From Dehalococcoidales bacterium (GTDB lineage Bacteria > Chloroflexota > Dehalococcoidia > Dehalococcoidales > RBG-16-60-22), in contig JAQTMM010000001.1 in assembly GCA_028714335.1 (NCBI GenBank), positions 8,181 to 72,180 of the forward strand: a stretch of DNA of 64,000 nt. The letters are read 5' to 3'. Positions 19,573-27,881 of this stretch are shown in pieces (the stretch's first letter is position 1; every line of letters begins with the position of its first letter). The notes under the pieces were generated by a model, which saw only the letters and a program-made list of their open reading frames with translations, did not search any database and was not told the DNA's origin. The position numbers and the translations under genes are program-made.

Positions 19573-21012
19573 ATGAATCAAATTAAATTAGATACTGGTG
19601 ATATTACAGGCTCTAAAGTAAGTCAATCGGGTCGTGATGTCTATATCTATAAAGGCATTCCTTATGCCGCCCCTCCGGTTGGTGAATTACGCTGGAAGCC
19701 GCCGCAGCCGGCAGCATTGTGGTCCGGTGTCCTGGCATGTACCGAATTCAGTGTTCAAGCCGCCCAATACCCGGACCCCAATGGTCCCGGGACAATGAAA
19801 AGTGTAGCAACGAGTGAAGATTGCCTTTACCTAAACGTCTTGACTCCAACTCAAAATAAAAACGATAAGTTACCAGTGATGGTTTGGTTGCATGGCGGCG
19901 GTCTTAGATATGGAAACGGCAACTTTCCTTTAAGTGTCAATCTCGGGCTGCCACTCCATGGAGCCGTGCAGGTGAATATTAATCATCGCTTAGGGGTCAT
20001 GGGCCTACTGGCGCATCCCCTGCTTACCAGAGAATCTTCCCAACACGCTTCAGGTGATTACATGTTCCTCGATATGATAGCTGCCTTACAATGGGTAAAA
20101 CGAAATATTGCCGCTTTTGGCGGCGACCCCAATAATGTGACCATCTTTGGCGAGTCCGGCGGTGGACTGAAAGTTGCCGCCCTTATGGCTTCACCATTAG
20201 CTAATGGGTTATTCCATCGGGCGATCATCGAAAGCGGCGGACGTTACTTCGATTCAGAACCACTCAAAGAAATGGAAACGTTCGGAGAAAGACTATTTCA
20301 CAAACTCGGCATTGATAAAGAAAAAGACCCTCTAGCCGCAGTACGTGAATTACCCTGGGAAACGATTATTAATACCGATCAGGAACTTAATACTGAGATG
20401 GGGCCGGAATACCTGTTCATGGGTCCGTGGCAAGTTGTTCACGAAGGCTGGTTTTTGCCGGAGAACTTAGTCGACATGTTCCAGAACGGCCGGAGGAATC
20501 AAGTACCTTATATCGTGGTAGCCAACAAAGGAGAGTTGACCGGTCCCGGTTCGCTGATTGCCAACATGATGATTAAAGACTACTTAAGGTTATTAACCGG
20601 GCAAAGTACTGCTAATTCGCGGGGATACGCCGCGCTCTTTGACCAGGTGCCGGAAGGTTGGAAGCGCGAAGGCTGTGTGGCGTCTCATGGCATGGAACTG
20701 CATTTTGTATTCGGCGCTCTCGATGATACAGAATCCTGGGCGGCGAGTAAGGGCGGGTACGCTTCTTCTGGAGCACAGTCTCCGATTCCTACGATATCTA
20801 ATTCGGATAGGGTAGTTGCTGAAACCATTCTGACCATATGGACTACGTTTGCCAAAACCGGTAATCCCAGCGTGAAAGGACTCATCGAGTGGCCGGCCTG
20901 GGATGAAGCTACTGATAAATATCTATTAATTACCGATCCTCTTCAGATAAAGCAAGGATATTCTGACCTCATGAAAATTAAACCTGACACATCGAAATGG
21001 ACCATTGTTTAG
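19573..21012 (+). CDS. Type-B carboxylesterase, paralog 2
   Basis: About 479 aa with YKGIPYAAPP, EDCLYLNV and GESGGG, clearly paralogous to 12524-13918. ATG 19573 has the SD aggaggg 5 nt upstream; TTG 19570 is the alternative. Confidence 0.9.
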   Translation: MNQIKLDTGDITGSKVSQSGRDVYIYKGIPYAAPPVGELRWKPPQPAALWSGVLACTEFSVQAAQYPDPNGPGTMKSVATSEDCLYLNVLTPTQNKNDKLPVMVWLHGGGLRYGNGNFPLSVNLGLPLHGAVQVNINHRLGVMGLLAHPLLTRESSQHASGDYMFLDMIAALQWVKRNIAAFGGDPNNVTIFGESGGGLKVAALMASPLANGLFHRAIIESGGRYFDSEPLKEMETFGERLFHKLGIDKEKDPLAAVRELPWETIINTDQELNTEMGPEYLFMGPWQVVHEGWFLPENLVDMFQNGRRNQVPYIVVANKGELTGPGSLIANMMIKDYLRLLTGQSTANSRGYAALFDQVPEGWKREGCVASHGMELHFVFGALDDTESWAASKGGYASSGAQSPIPTISNSDRVVAETILTIWTTFAKTGNPSVKGLIEWPAWDEATDKYLLITDPLQIKQGYSDLMKIKPDTSKWTIV

Positions 21013-21127
21013 TGATAACGTTGTTGAGGAATCGTATTGTATCCCTAGGGAGAAAATATACAAAAGTCTATCCAAAAAAGTTCAATATTACGTATCAGCA
21101 GTTAAATAAGTCATAGGAGAGGCACTC

Positions 21128-21886
21128 ATGAAAACTAGCGGTAATACAATTTTGATTACAGGAGGAGCCACCGGTATCGGTTTCGGCCTCGCTGAAGCTT
21201 TTATAAATGCAGGTAACAGAGTGCTTATTTGTGGGAGAAGACAGGCTAAGCTAGAAGAAGCCAGACTAAAATTACCGGATTTACAGATATTTCAATGTGA
21301 TGTCACGTCAAAAGATGGTCGCGAATCTCTCTGCAATTGGGTAAAAAATCAGCATCCAAGTTTAAATATCTTAGTGAATAATGCTGGAGTTTCTGGCCTT
21401 ATCGATTTTAAGAAAGGTGTTCCGGAAGCATTTAAAAGCGAAGATGAAATTGAAACCAACCTTAAAGCTCCGGTATTGTTATCAGGTTATTTTATACCTC
21501 TGCTACTAGGGAAAACCGACGCTGCGATTATCAACATTTCTTCAGGTTTAGCTTTCATTCCCCTGGTTTCTTCACCTTTATACGGTGCCACTAAAGCCGG
21601 GCTCCATTCCTTCAGCCTCGCTTTAAGATTCCAATTGAAAGACACAAATATTAAAGTCTTTGAGCTGATGCCGCCAATCTGTGACACGGATTTAGGCAAG
21701 GATGCTTCCGACGATGCCCCAAGACCATCGTATCTTAAGGGAATCCCGCCTTCCGAATTTGCTAAAGATGCGTTAACCGCTATAGAGAATGATCAATATG
21801 AATTTGCCTCCGGTGAAGCCAAACAGCTGAAAGATGGTTCCCAGCGGAACTTTGAAGAGACTTTTCAATCAACTAATAGCCGGTAA
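21128..21886 (+). CDS. Short-chain dehydrogenase/reductase (SDR)
   Basis: 252 aa with cofactor motif TGGATGIG, NNAG and catalytic YGATK. Confidence 0.9.
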   Translation: MKTSGNTILITGGATGIGFGLAEAFINAGNRVLICGRRQAKLEEARLKLPDLQIFQCDVTSKDGRESLCNWVKNQHPSLNILVNNAGVSGLIDFKKGVPEAFKSEDEIETNLKAPVLLSGYFIPLLLGKTDAAIINISSGLAFIPLVSSPLYGATKAGLHSFSLALRFQLKDTNIKVFELMPPICDTDLGKDASDDAPRPSYLKGIPPSEFAKDALTAIENDQYEFASGEAKQLKDGSQRNFEETFQSTNSR

Positions 21887-21985
21887 TACGCATTATATAT
21901 TGTGGTTCAAACAGAGTCCGACTCTCCCCAGACTCCTTACTCAGCTAAATAAATGTCTATTTTGTTGAATATCGGTATTTGAGTG

Positions 21986-22031
21986 TACAATTATGAATTT
22001 AAACTGAAGGAAAGTTCAAAGGTTCTATCTG
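21986..22031 (+). repeat. Copy 3 of the 46-bp intergenic direct repeat
   Basis: tacaattatgaatttaaactgaaggaaagttcaaaggttctatctg, with 3 mismatches to copy 1. The downstream flank actgcagcccatca resembles the copy 1 flank. It is followed by a bulged hairpin at 22057-22084. Confidence 0.9.
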
Positions 22032-22716
22032 TTGGACACTGCAGCCCATCACTAAAGCCAAAAGAGGCTTTTAGACCTCTTGGCTGAAGCTGGAAGAGGT
22101 TTCCAAATCCCCCAATAAAAGCTGAACGAGTTTTCTAGATCCCCCTATTGTTGTTCAATCTAGCGCAATTGAACAAAACTGATATTTGTGCAATGTCGCC
22201 TCATTGAGCTATAAGTTATATTGAATAATTTCAAGAATTAGCTTGTTTATCATCCCTGCTTCTCTATAGTGAAAATAAAAAAGTAAAATGAATCATATGA
22301 CACTCGAATGAATAAGCAGAAAAAATGATGGAGCTTTATCCAGGAATTATCTAAAAATATATAGAAAGAACAAATGAGTCGTCCGACTATATTTGTGAGA
22401 AAATAGCCCAGGTGATTTTCGGGGTAGGACCTTTGTCAAATATATTTAAAAAATCTTCTTTATCCTTAAAAGGACAAGCCTCTTCTGTCTAACAAGCAAG
22501 GTGAAGGTCTCTCTCACCGGTTTTCCGTGCTTATCTTGAATCCCGGGTTGGCTTGGTGTAGCCTGAGTCAGGCAATCTCAAACGAGCTGTAGCAAAGGCA
22601 TTTCTATCCAAATCCAAGTATCTGATCATTTATCAGACACAAGAGCAACCGAGGATGTATAATAAAGAGAAAAGCTTTTATATCTCGGTAAATCCTCATC
22701 AGCATGGAGAAGACGA

Positions 22717-23601
22717 ATGCCAACGGGACTCAAAATAAACTGCAGCGATCCATCTAAAGCCGACATCGTAATTTTATGTGCTCCTTATGACAGAACTGCT
22801 TCGTTCCGCAAAGGCGCAGTGAAAGGCCCGGCTGCAATAGTATCGAGCCTCAAATATCAGATGGAAACATACGATCGATTTGCCGGTTCAATGCCTTCGC
22901 CGGAGCGCAAGATTTCCATGTGTGAATTAAGAAACCTTAACCGACGTTCACCGTCTGCCATGGTAAGCTGCGTTAAACAGGAATACGAGAGGTATATCAA
23001 TCATGGAGCTTTTGTCTTGATGATCGGTGGTGAGCACTCCGTTTCCACCGGCGCTCTTGAGGCACTGGCTTCGCTTAATAATTCACGAGAGATCACTGTT
23101 TGCCAAATCGATGCACACTTGGATCTGCGACATGACGATTCCGATTATAGTGACAGTCCGCATGGCATGTACGCCCACTGCACCGTCATGAGGAGAGCTG
23201 TTGACCTCGGATTTAAGTGCGCCCACGTGGGTGTTCGGGCATACGCCAAAGAAGAAATGGATTTCGCCCGGGACAACGGGCATAAAGTATTCGAATGGGG
23301 AATAAGTCCGGTTCCCAATCCGGAAATTATCGTGGAATCAATCACTACAGATCTGGTTTACTTGACGATCGATGTTGATGGTATTGATCCTGCGTATATG
23401 CCTGCCACTGGAACTCCAGTTCAAGGCGGTTTAGAGTGGTACTATACCTTTAACCTGCTCCGAAGTCTTTTCCAGAATAAGGAAATTATTGGCGCCGATG
23501 TGGTTGAAGTGGCGCCACGCCCCTTCGATGTTTTAACAGAATATGGCGCGGCTCAACTTTGCTATACAATTCTAGCTCTCAGGGAAACCTGTAAAAAATA
23601 A
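22717..23601 (+). CDS. speB: Agmatinase / arginase-family ureohydrolase
   Basis: 294 aa with Mn-ligand blocks GGEHS, IDAHLDL and DVDGIDP. It lies directly upstream of an arginine decarboxylase gene. Confidence 0.85.
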   Translation: MPTGLKINCSDPSKADIVILCAPYDRTASFRKGAVKGPAAIVSSLKYQMETYDRFAGSMPSPERKISMCELRNLNRRSPSAMVSCVKQEYERYINHGAFVLMIGGEHSVSTGALEALASLNNSREITVCQIDAHLDLRHDDSDYSDSPHGMYAHCTVMRRAVDLGFKCAHVGVRAYAKEEMDFARDNGHKVFEWGISPVPNPEIIVESITTDLVYLTIDVDGIDPAYMPATGTPVQGGLEWYYTFNLLRSLFQNKEIIGADVVEVAPRPFDVLTEYGAAQLCYTILALRETCKK

Positions 23602-23649
23602 CTCCCTATAATCAACAAATTTATCTGATATATGCAAACAGGAGGACCG

Positions 23650-24195
23650 ATGAAAATACCAAAGATGATGTTCCTAACCAAGGGCGTCGGTATTGATAAA
23701 AACAGGCTGTCTTCTTTTGAGCTTGCCCTGCGCAGCGCTGGTATCGAGCGTTTTAACCTCGTGCATGTATCTAGTATCTTGCCGCCTCTCTGCAAGGTTG
23801 TCCCCAAAAATGAAGGTGTTCTGGAATTGGTAGATGGACAGATTGTTTATTGTGTGATGGCTAGGAATGAAACCAACGAACCCAACAGGCTGATATCCGC
23901 TTCAATCGGTGTCGCCATGCCGAAGAACAAAAAACACTATGGCTATCTTTCAGAACATCACGCCTTCGGTCAAACTGCGGAAATTGCTGGAGATTATGCC
24001 GAAGATCTGGCTGCAACTATGCTGGCTTCCACCCTGGGGATACCCTTTGACCCGGATCAAGCCTGGGACGAACGCAAAAAATTATATCGGGCTACTGGCA
24101 TATTTTTCAAGACAAGCAATTGTTGTCAATCGGTTGAGGGAAATAAGGACGGACTCTGGACTACCGTGATCGCAGCGGCTGTTTTTATCACGTAA
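23650..24195 (+). CDS. pdaD: Pyruvoyl-dependent arginine decarboxylase
   Basis: N-terminus KIPKMMFLTKGVGIDKNRLSSFELALRSAGIERFNLVHVSSILPP carries the Ser-Ser self-cleavage site of the PdaD family. I chose ATG 23650 (SD aggagg) over ATG 23632. Confidence 0.85.
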   Translation: MKIPKMMFLTKGVGIDKNRLSSFELALRSAGIERFNLVHVSSILPPLCKVVPKNEGVLELVDGQIVYCVMARNETNEPNRLISASIGVAMPKNKKHYGYLSEHHAFGQTAEIAGDYAEDLAATMLASTLGIPFDPDQAWDERKKLYRATGIFFKTSNCCQSVEGNKDGLWTTVIAAAVFIT

Positions 24196-24253
24196 TTCTT
24201 TGAGCCAGGCTATTCCGTTAACGCCTTTTATACGCCCGGTGAGGTAGTATCCC

Positions 24254-24889
24254 CTAGGTTATTTTTACAGCGATATCACTTAAAGCGTTTCCGGCTACAT
24301 CAACGCGGTCAGCGGCGTTGCTAAGGTGGCGGTAAATTTCACGCAGTTTCAGGATATAAAGCACCTCAGTAATATCCTTGGCTTCGTTGAAGAGTTTAGA
24401 AAGCGCCTGATGATAAATCAGTTCCACCTGGTTTTCCAGTTTTTTAGCGCGTGAAGCGTGCTGTAAAATATTCTTGGGATTATTCTTTAATTGGAAAATC
24501 GCCTGGTTAATCTCGCCGGTGGCTTCCCTCAAAGTGATGACCATGCTGGTGAGGTAATCGTTGGGTTTAACTTCTAACGTCGCCATCTCGTCAATAGTCA
24601 TGTAGGCGTAATCCAGGATATCGTCCACTGCCCGTGAGAGGGCAAAAATATCCTCGCGGTCAATGGGGGTAACAAAGCTCTGGTTGATTTCCTGTATCAG
24701 GACACGCCGCACCTCGTCCGCCTCCTTCTCCACACTCTCAACCTCTTTAGCCAGAGAAATATTAGAAGTTTTCATGAATTGTTCCAGAGCGTTTATCCCC
24801 TGCAGCGTTTTTTCCGACTGTTCAACCAACAATTCAAAGAAGGGGTCCTTCTTTCTCTGAAAAATGCTTAAAAAACGTGAAAAACTCAT
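24254..24889 (-). CDS. DUF47 / PhoU-like Pit accessory protein
   Basis: 211 aa helical protein directly downstream of a PiT transporter gene, which is the classic pairing. The DDILDYAY-type block is typical of the TIGR00153 family. Confidence 0.75.
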   Translation of the reverse strand: MSFSRFLSIFQRKKDPFFELLVEQSEKTLQGINALEQFMKTSNISLAKEVESVEKEADEVRRVLIQEINQSFVTPIDREDIFALSRAVDDILDYAYMTIDEMATLEVKPNDYLTSMVITLREATGEINQAIFQLKNNPKNILQHASRAKKLENQVELIYHQALSKLFNEAKDITEVLYILKLREIYRHLSNAADRVDVAGNALSDIAVKIT

Positions 24890-24915
24890 TGTTCAACTCC
24901 TAAAGTATTCTTGAA

Positions 24916-25947
24916 CTATACACCCATTAAACTTAAGAAATACGTAACCAGCAAATAGACAAGATAGGATATTATAGCAGTTGCGGGCATTGTAATAAAC
25001 CACATGCTCAACACCTTAATGCCTACGTTCCAACGCACCGTCTTGATTCTTTCCGCCGCCCCTGTGCCTAAAACCGAGCTGGATGTCACCTGGGTGGTGG
25101 ATACCGGCATACCGACAAAGTTAGCCACCTGGATAATACCGGCGCTGGCAAGCTGGGCGCTTAAGCCGTTAATGTGTCGGACACGGTAGTAGCCCCTCCC
25201 CACTGTTCTTAAAACCTTGTTGCCGGTAGAAATAATACCCACGCCCAAAGCCAATCCGCAGGTTAGAACCACCCACAAAGGTATATCGCCGCCAGTCGAG
25301 GATTCGAGGATACCGGCGGAAATTAGAGAAAACACGATGATGCCCATGGGACGCTGGGCGGCATTAGCGCCGGTGACCAGCGCCAGGCCGAGCGTTATGA
25401 TTATCTCTAAAGTAATTATCAATTGGTTGATTACCGGTTTGGCACGGCGGACCGCCAGATATGCCAGTTTGGTGACGATGTAGGAAAGAAAGAAACCCAT
25501 AAAGGGCGACATTATCAATAATCCAAAGATTATCAGGACGGTGCTCCACTGCACGGCGATGAAACCTGCCGCGGCGATGCCGGCGCCGACAAAGCCCCCC
25601 ACCAGAGCCATTGAGGCGGAAATCGGGAAGCCAAAAATGGTACACACGACATTCCAGCCGGTGGCGACGAGCAGCGTTATTAAAACCACCACCATGCCGT
25701 ACTCGTTGTGGCTGACGACGGAGGGGTCAATGATGCCGACGGCGAAGGTTTTAGCTACGGTCGTGCCGAGGACGCACGCCCCGAGGAATTCCAGCACGCC
25801 TACGACGAAAAGAGCCTTGCGCGGCGAAATCGCTTTGGTGGAAATGACCACTGCCGCGACATTCGGCTCGTTATAACCGGTGGAGAATGAAAAGCCTAAC
25901 GCGGCCATCACCACCAAAATAGAAAAAACTAAAGTCATCGTATCCAT
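24916..25947 (-). CDS. Inorganic phosphate transporter, PiT family
   Basis: Polytopic membrane protein with PiT-type blocks (GYNEPNVAAVVIST, GMPVSTTQVTSSSVLG). Start ATG 25947 (MDTMTL) is preferred over TTG 25977, but this is uncertain. Confidence 0.8.
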   Translation of the reverse strand: MDTMTLVFSILVVMAALGFSFSTGYNEPNVAAVVISTKAISPRKALFVVGVLEFLGACVLGTTVAKTFAVGIIDPSVVSHNEYGMVVVLITLLVATGWNVVCTIFGFPISASMALVGGFVGAGIAAAGFIAVQWSTVLIIFGLLIMSPFMGFFLSYIVTKLAYLAVRRAKPVINQLIITLEIIITLGLALVTGANAAQRPMGIIVFSLISAGILESSTGGDIPLWVVLTCGLALGVGIISTGNKVLRTVGRGYYRVRHINGLSAQLASAGIIQVANFVGMPVSTTQVTSSSVLGTGAAERIKTVRWNVGIKVLSMWFITMPATAIISYLVYLLVTYFLSLMGV

Positions 25948-26187
25948 TGGAAAAAAACCTCGTTGAAGCCAACTCAACGATTATTGCACTATATGTAACT
26001 TGAGTTGACAAATAAATATGATATACCATACATATGGGATTAGTCAATTTAACCGATTTGCCTAATGGGCAATTCCAGATATGTTAACTTGACAAAACAG
26101 AGCCCTATGCTTTTAGAATAATAAGTACGATAGTTGCATATATTGCGATTTTTTGTCGTTTTCTAAAATCTAGATTGGAGTGGATAT

Positions 26188-26979
26188 ATGCCTAAAGTCA
26201 CCGAGAAGACAAAAACAAAAGCGCCGGCATTTAAGTCGGTGTTTAGGGTTGCCGCGATACTAAATTGCCTGGATAAAGGCATCGGCACGGTATCGGAAAT
26301 AGCCAACGTTTTAAAAGTTAACAAGTCCACTGTTTACCGCCTATTGCAGGCTATGGTCGCGGCAGAAATCACACTGCGCAATCCCATCAACCGCCGTTAC
26401 TACATCGGCCCGTTAATCGCCCAGATTGCCACCAACCCCAGCGTTACGCACAATACCCTGGTGCTAAACGCTATTAACGAAATGGAACGTTTATCTGAAC
26501 TGACCGGTGAATCCATCGCCATGAATGTATTGGTCGGCGTAAATACCTACGTCTTGCATGAAATCCCCAGCACACAAGACATCCAGATAGTCGCCAAGAA
26601 AAGCGTCGGGTACAACCTGCACGCCGGGCCCAATTCGCGGGTGCTGCTGACACAACTCAACAACAAAGACCTGAAAAAGGTTATCGGGAACATCAAGTTT
26701 GTAAAACTTACAGAGCGGACAATCACCAGTAAAGAAGCCCTGATGGAGGAACTGAAGAAAATCAAAAAGCAGGGGTACGCCGCGGGCTGGGGCGAAAGAG
26801 TCCCCGGCGCGATGAGTATATCGGTACCCATCAAGAATTACGTGCTGCCGGCTTCAATAGGCATACTAGGGCTGGAAAGCCGCATGAAGCCCAAACTCGA
26901 GGAATATGTTACCGCGCTGAAGAAAGCCGCCGCGAACATCGAGAACAGCCTTACCAAACAAGACACCGGCAACGATTAG
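26188..26979 (+). CDS. IclR family transcriptional regulator
   Basis: 263 aa with an N-terminal wHTH (SVFRVAAILNCLDKGIGTVSEIANVLKVNKSTVYRLLQAM) plus a C-terminal effector-type domain. Confidence 0.85.
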   Translation: MPKVTEKTKTKAPAFKSVFRVAAILNCLDKGIGTVSEIANVLKVNKSTVYRLLQAMVAAEITLRNPINRRYYIGPLIAQIATNPSVTHNTLVLNAINEMERLSELTGESIAMNVLVGVNTYVLHEIPSTQDIQIVAKKSVGYNLHAGPNSRVLLTQLNNKDLKKVIGNIKFVKLTERTITSKEALMEELKKIKKQGYAAGWGERVPGAMSISVPIKNYVLPASIGILGLESRMKPKLEEYVTALKKAAANIENSLTKQDTGND

Positions 26980-27001
26980 CCGGATAATTTTTTAGTTAAT
27001 A

Positions 27002-27691
27002 TCAGTGCTGCGACAGGCACCAGGCTTTGGTTTTAGCCGCGTAATCCAGCACCTGTTCATCGGTGCGGAAATCCCCTACCCCGCATCTATTGTAGTGCGT
27101 CATCCCGGCAACGTCTCTGATTATCTTAGTGTCGGCTGGAGCATCAGGATAGCCCAGCACCATCATATCGTAAATCGTCAACGCTCCGGGGATGCCGATG
27201 ATTTTCTTGATAGCGCTTTCGGCGTCGGGGCGGGAGGTGGCGGTGTACCACTGCGACGCCAGTCCCAGTGAAGTGGCGGCGAGGTGCATCAATAAAAAGG
27301 CGTTAGCCAGGCTGGAAGCATAGAGTCCGGCGGCGCGCGCTTTATCCGCCCCAGCATTGCCGGGGAGTCCGACGCTGGCACGCCAATCGCACAAAAGCAG
27401 AATAAAGACCGGAGCGTCCTTAAAGCTTCTGCGGGCGACGGCGGCTTTGGCGGGGTCTTTGATGGGCGGGCCGTGCCGTTCTAGAGCGGCAACGACTTTG
27501 TTTTTAACGTCCGGGTCTTTAACAATAACAAATTCCCAAGGCTGGGTGTGAAACGCCGATGGCGCCCAGCGCGCCACTTCTATAATTTTAGTGATGTATT
27601 CATCAGGGACAGGATCGGGTTTAAACTGGCGGATGGTACGCCTTTTCCTGGCAATATCCAATAGGCAATCATACTGGTTTGTGCTGTTCAT
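27002..27691 (-). CDS. Nitroreductase family protein
   Basis: Contains IARKRRTIRQFKPDPVPDEYITKIIEVARWAPSAFHTQPWEFVIV. ATG 27691 has an SD ggag 7 nt upstream; the longer ORF to 27763 lacks one. Confidence 0.85.
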   Translation of the reverse strand: MNSTNQYDCLLDIARKRRTIRQFKPDPVPDEYITKIIEVARWAPSAFHTQPWEFVIVKDPDVKNKVVAALERHGPPIKDPAKAAVARRSFKDAPVFILLLCDWRASVGLPGNAGADKARAAGLYASSLANAFLLMHLAATSLGLASQWYTATSRPDAESAIKKIIGIPGALTIYDMMVLGYPDAPADTKIIRDVAGMTHYNRCGVGDFRTDEQVLDYAAKTKAWCLSQH

Positions 27692-27881
27692 CGGCGGACT
27701 CCTATGCGTGTTTTCCTTCATCACAGACCACGAGGGGAATCTTTTGTTCGACTGTATGAACACTAAGCCGTGACGGTTGCATTATAACAATAAAAATTGT
27801 TTTTCACCAAAATTATCAGGGGTGATATATATTTATTTTTGTAATATAATACGGGGGAACGTTAAAGACAGGAGGTGAACT

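Noticed and set aside
22525-22552. tRNA T-arm-like string cttgaatcccgggttggc in the ORF-free stretch
   Set aside because: No acceptor stem, anticodon arm or D-arm can be built around it. It is too weak to call a tRNA or a tRNA-derived att remnant.
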